From Planctomycetaceae bacterium (GTDB taxonomy: Bacteria > Planctomycetota > Phycisphaerae > UBA1845 > UTPLA1), in contig CP030884.1 of assembly GCA_006969385.1 (NCBI GenBank), forward strand, positions 3,938,249-3,962,248: DNA of 24,000 nt, given 5' to 3'. The notes beneath the pieces are model-generated. The model searched no databases. It was not told the origin of the DNA and worked only from the letters and a program-made list of their open reading frames with translations. The position numbers were made by a program, and so were the translations under genes. Shown here in pieces: positions 22,221 to 24,000 of this stretch. The first letter of the stretch is position 1; the number at the start of each line of letters is the position of its first letter.

Positions 22221-23978
22221 TCAATCGAACACTTCTTCGGACATCACGGTATGTTCGATGCGGCTTCCATCCCGATCGGGCGGTATGCCGAGGTACGTGA
22301 CGGCACGTTTCACGATGTTGTAAACGACCGGGGCGGCGACTTGACCGCCGTAATAACCGATCGACGCATCGGGGCGACGCACGGCGACGTATACAACGAG
22401 CTGCGGATCGGCGGCGGGCACGCCGGCGACGAACGAACTGACGTAGGCGCGATCTTCATAACCGCGACCGTCGCTGCGGGCGATTTGGGCGGTACCGGTC
22501 TTGCCGAAGACCTGATGGGTGGTGGGGGCCTGATCGGCGCGCGAGGAGCGATTGACGACCTCGACGAGGATGTGCCGCATCTTAGCGAGCGTGTCTTGCG
22601 AAAGGATTGGTTCGTCGGATTGGGCCGGGGCCATGTCGCGCAAGACGCGACCATTGGCATCGACGATGCCGCGAATGACGTAAGGTGTAACCAACTTGCC
22701 GCCATTGCAAAAGACGGCGAACGCGCGGACGAGTTGCAGCGGCGTGACGGCGATTTCCTGCCCCATGGGAAGGCTCGTCGTTGTAAAATCGTTCCAACGC
22801 ACCAAGGGCCGCAGCAGACCATCGCTTTCACCGATGAGGCCGACGTCGGTCGCGCCGCCAAATCCGAAGCGGCGAATGTATTCATTCAAGCGCCGATGAC
22901 CGAGACGAATGCCCAGCTTGCCCATACCGATGTTGCTGGACTTGATCAGGATTTCTTCAAACGTCAGAAACTCATACGGATGGTGGTCGCGCAGCGTGCG
23001 GCGGCCTTCCGTCCATTCGCCGCCCTCACAGTCGAACATTTCACCTATGCGGGTTTCGTTTTCTTCGAGCGCGGCAGCGGCGACGAAGGGTTTAAACGTG
23101 CTGCCCGGTTCGTAGGGATCGGTGATCGCGCGATTGCGATAGCGCTCGGCGGGATAATCGCGGTAGTGATTCGGATCGAAGCCGGGATGATTGGCCATTG
23201 CCAGAATCATGCCGGTTTGCGGATGCATCACGATGGCGATGCCGCTCTCGGCGTCGAAGCGATTGACACCATCGGCCAATTCGCGTTCGACGAACGCTTG
23301 CATTTCGGCGTCGATGGTAAGGGAGACGTGATAGCCATCGCGCGCCGGACGGTAACCATCTTCGGCAAGCCAAAATGCTTGGCGCTTGCTATCACGAACA
23401 ATCGTCTTGGAACCGTTTTCGCCTGCGAGCCAATGTTCGCACTGATGTTCGATACCGCTTACACCGGCACCATCCATCGAGACGAAGCCGACCAACGAGC
23501 CGGCCAACGGCCCCATCGGATAGGTGCGGTAAGGTTCGGTAAAGATGCCGAGGCCGTAGATATCGGCAGCGCGGATTTCGCGTGCCTCTTCCTCGGTGAT
23601 GCCGCGCTTGATGACGAAGAAGCGGCGGTCGCCGGCGGCCATCAAATCGGGAATGATCTCTTCGGCATTGAGGTCAAGGATGTTCGCGAGGATGAGGGCG
23701 GCTTCTTGCTTGTCTTTGAGAATCTTAGGGTCGGCAAAAACGCTGCGGCGCAGGGTGGTGGCGGCGATGATGCGACCGCGATGATCGACGATCAGACCGC
23801 GACGGGCTTTGATCGGAATATCGGCGCTGGTTTGCTTGTGCACGCGGGCGGCAAGGCGCGGACCGTGTACGGCGTTGATAAAAATGAGGCGACCGCACAA
23901 TACTGCTAGGACCAGCAGCAACAGGCCAAGCAGCCAGCGGGCGCGGATTGAAGTGGCGCGATCCTGCGCGGAATCCAT
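22221..23978 (-). CDS. ftsI: Class B penicillin-binding protein / peptidoglycan D,D-transpeptidase FtsI
   Basis: 585 aa. N-terminal anchor WLLGLLLLVLAVLCG. SxxK (GSTFKPF), SxN (KSSNIG), KTG (GKTGTA). ATG 23978 with AAGGAGG (23988..23994) 9 nt upstream. Confidence 0.85.
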   Translation of the reverse strand: MDSAQDRATSIRARWLLGLLLLVLAVLCGRLIFINAVHGPRLAARVHKQTSADIPIKARRGLIVDHRGRIIAATTLRRSVFADPKILKDKQEAALILANILDLNAEEIIPDLMAAGDRRFFVIKRGITEEEAREIRAADIYGLGIFTEPYRTYPMGPLAGSLVGFVSMDGAGVSGIEHQCEHWLAGENGSKTIVRDSKRQAFWLAEDGYRPARDGYHVSLTIDAEMQAFVERELADGVNRFDAESGIAIVMHPQTGMILAMANHPGFDPNHYRDYPAERYRNRAITDPYEPGSTFKPFVAAAALEENETRIGEMFDCEGGEWTEGRRTLRDHHPYEFLTFEEILIKSSNIGMGKLGIRLGHRRLNEYIRRFGFGGATDVGLIGESDGLLRPLVRWNDFTTTSLPMGQEIAVTPLQLVRAFAVFCNGGKLVTPYVIRGIVDANGRVLRDMAPAQSDEPILSQDTLAKMRHILVEVVNRSSRADQAPTTHQVFGKTGTAQIARSDGRGYEDRAYVSSFVAGVPAADPQLVVYVAVRRPDASIGYYGGQVAAPVVYNIVKRAVTYLGIPPDRDGSRIEHTVMSEEVFD

Positions 23979-24000
23979 CGTCCTTATCCTCCTTGATAAG

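Noticed and set aside
22251-23909. 552-aa + strand ORF.
   Set aside because: Antisense to ftsI, which has SxxK/SxN/KTG motifs and a strong RBS: a shadow ORF.
1-24000. Mobile elements, integrases, toxin-antitoxin or defence systems, rRNA/tRNA genes.
   Set aside because: No ORF with transposase, integrase or nuclease signatures, no terminal inverted repeats flanking a gene, and no rRNA- or tRNA-like sequence was recognised. This is a by-eye assessment only.

Overview
GC-rich bacterial chromosomal window with three parts. (A) 1..6067, minus strand: one very large gene that the supplied ORF track omits, because its stop codon lies beyond the left edge. It stays open for 2022 codons from ATG 6067. 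It encodes a secreted, lipoprotein-type megaprotein: dockerin-like module, Ig-like modules, three malectin domains interleaved with six 98-aa His-x-His repeats in exact 294-nt register, then PKD-like, PA14, IPT/TIG and a beta-propeller. A right-handed beta-helix lipoprotein gene (6229..8439, +) is transcribed divergently from it. (B) 8440..8982: a relatively AT-rich, apparently non-coding convergent spacer. (C) 8983..23978, minus strand: a co-directional division/cell-wall (dcw) cluster, ftsI-murE-murF-mraY-ftsW-murG-murC-murB-ddl-ftsQ-like. It has two unusual features. murD is missing from its canonical mraY/ftsW slot. The ftsA-ftsZ slot after ftsQ is instead filled by two uncharacterised polytopic membrane proteins. 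The two longest intergenic gaps in the cluster carry perfect inverted copies of the same 8-mer, AATTCACA/TGTGAATT. The FtsZ-less cluster end and the giant lectin-type lipoprotein would fit a PVC/Planctomycetota-like genome, but that is inference only. I recognised no rRNA, tRNA, CRISPR array, transposase or integrase. All translations were done by hand. Domain names come from remembered family signatures, not from database searches.
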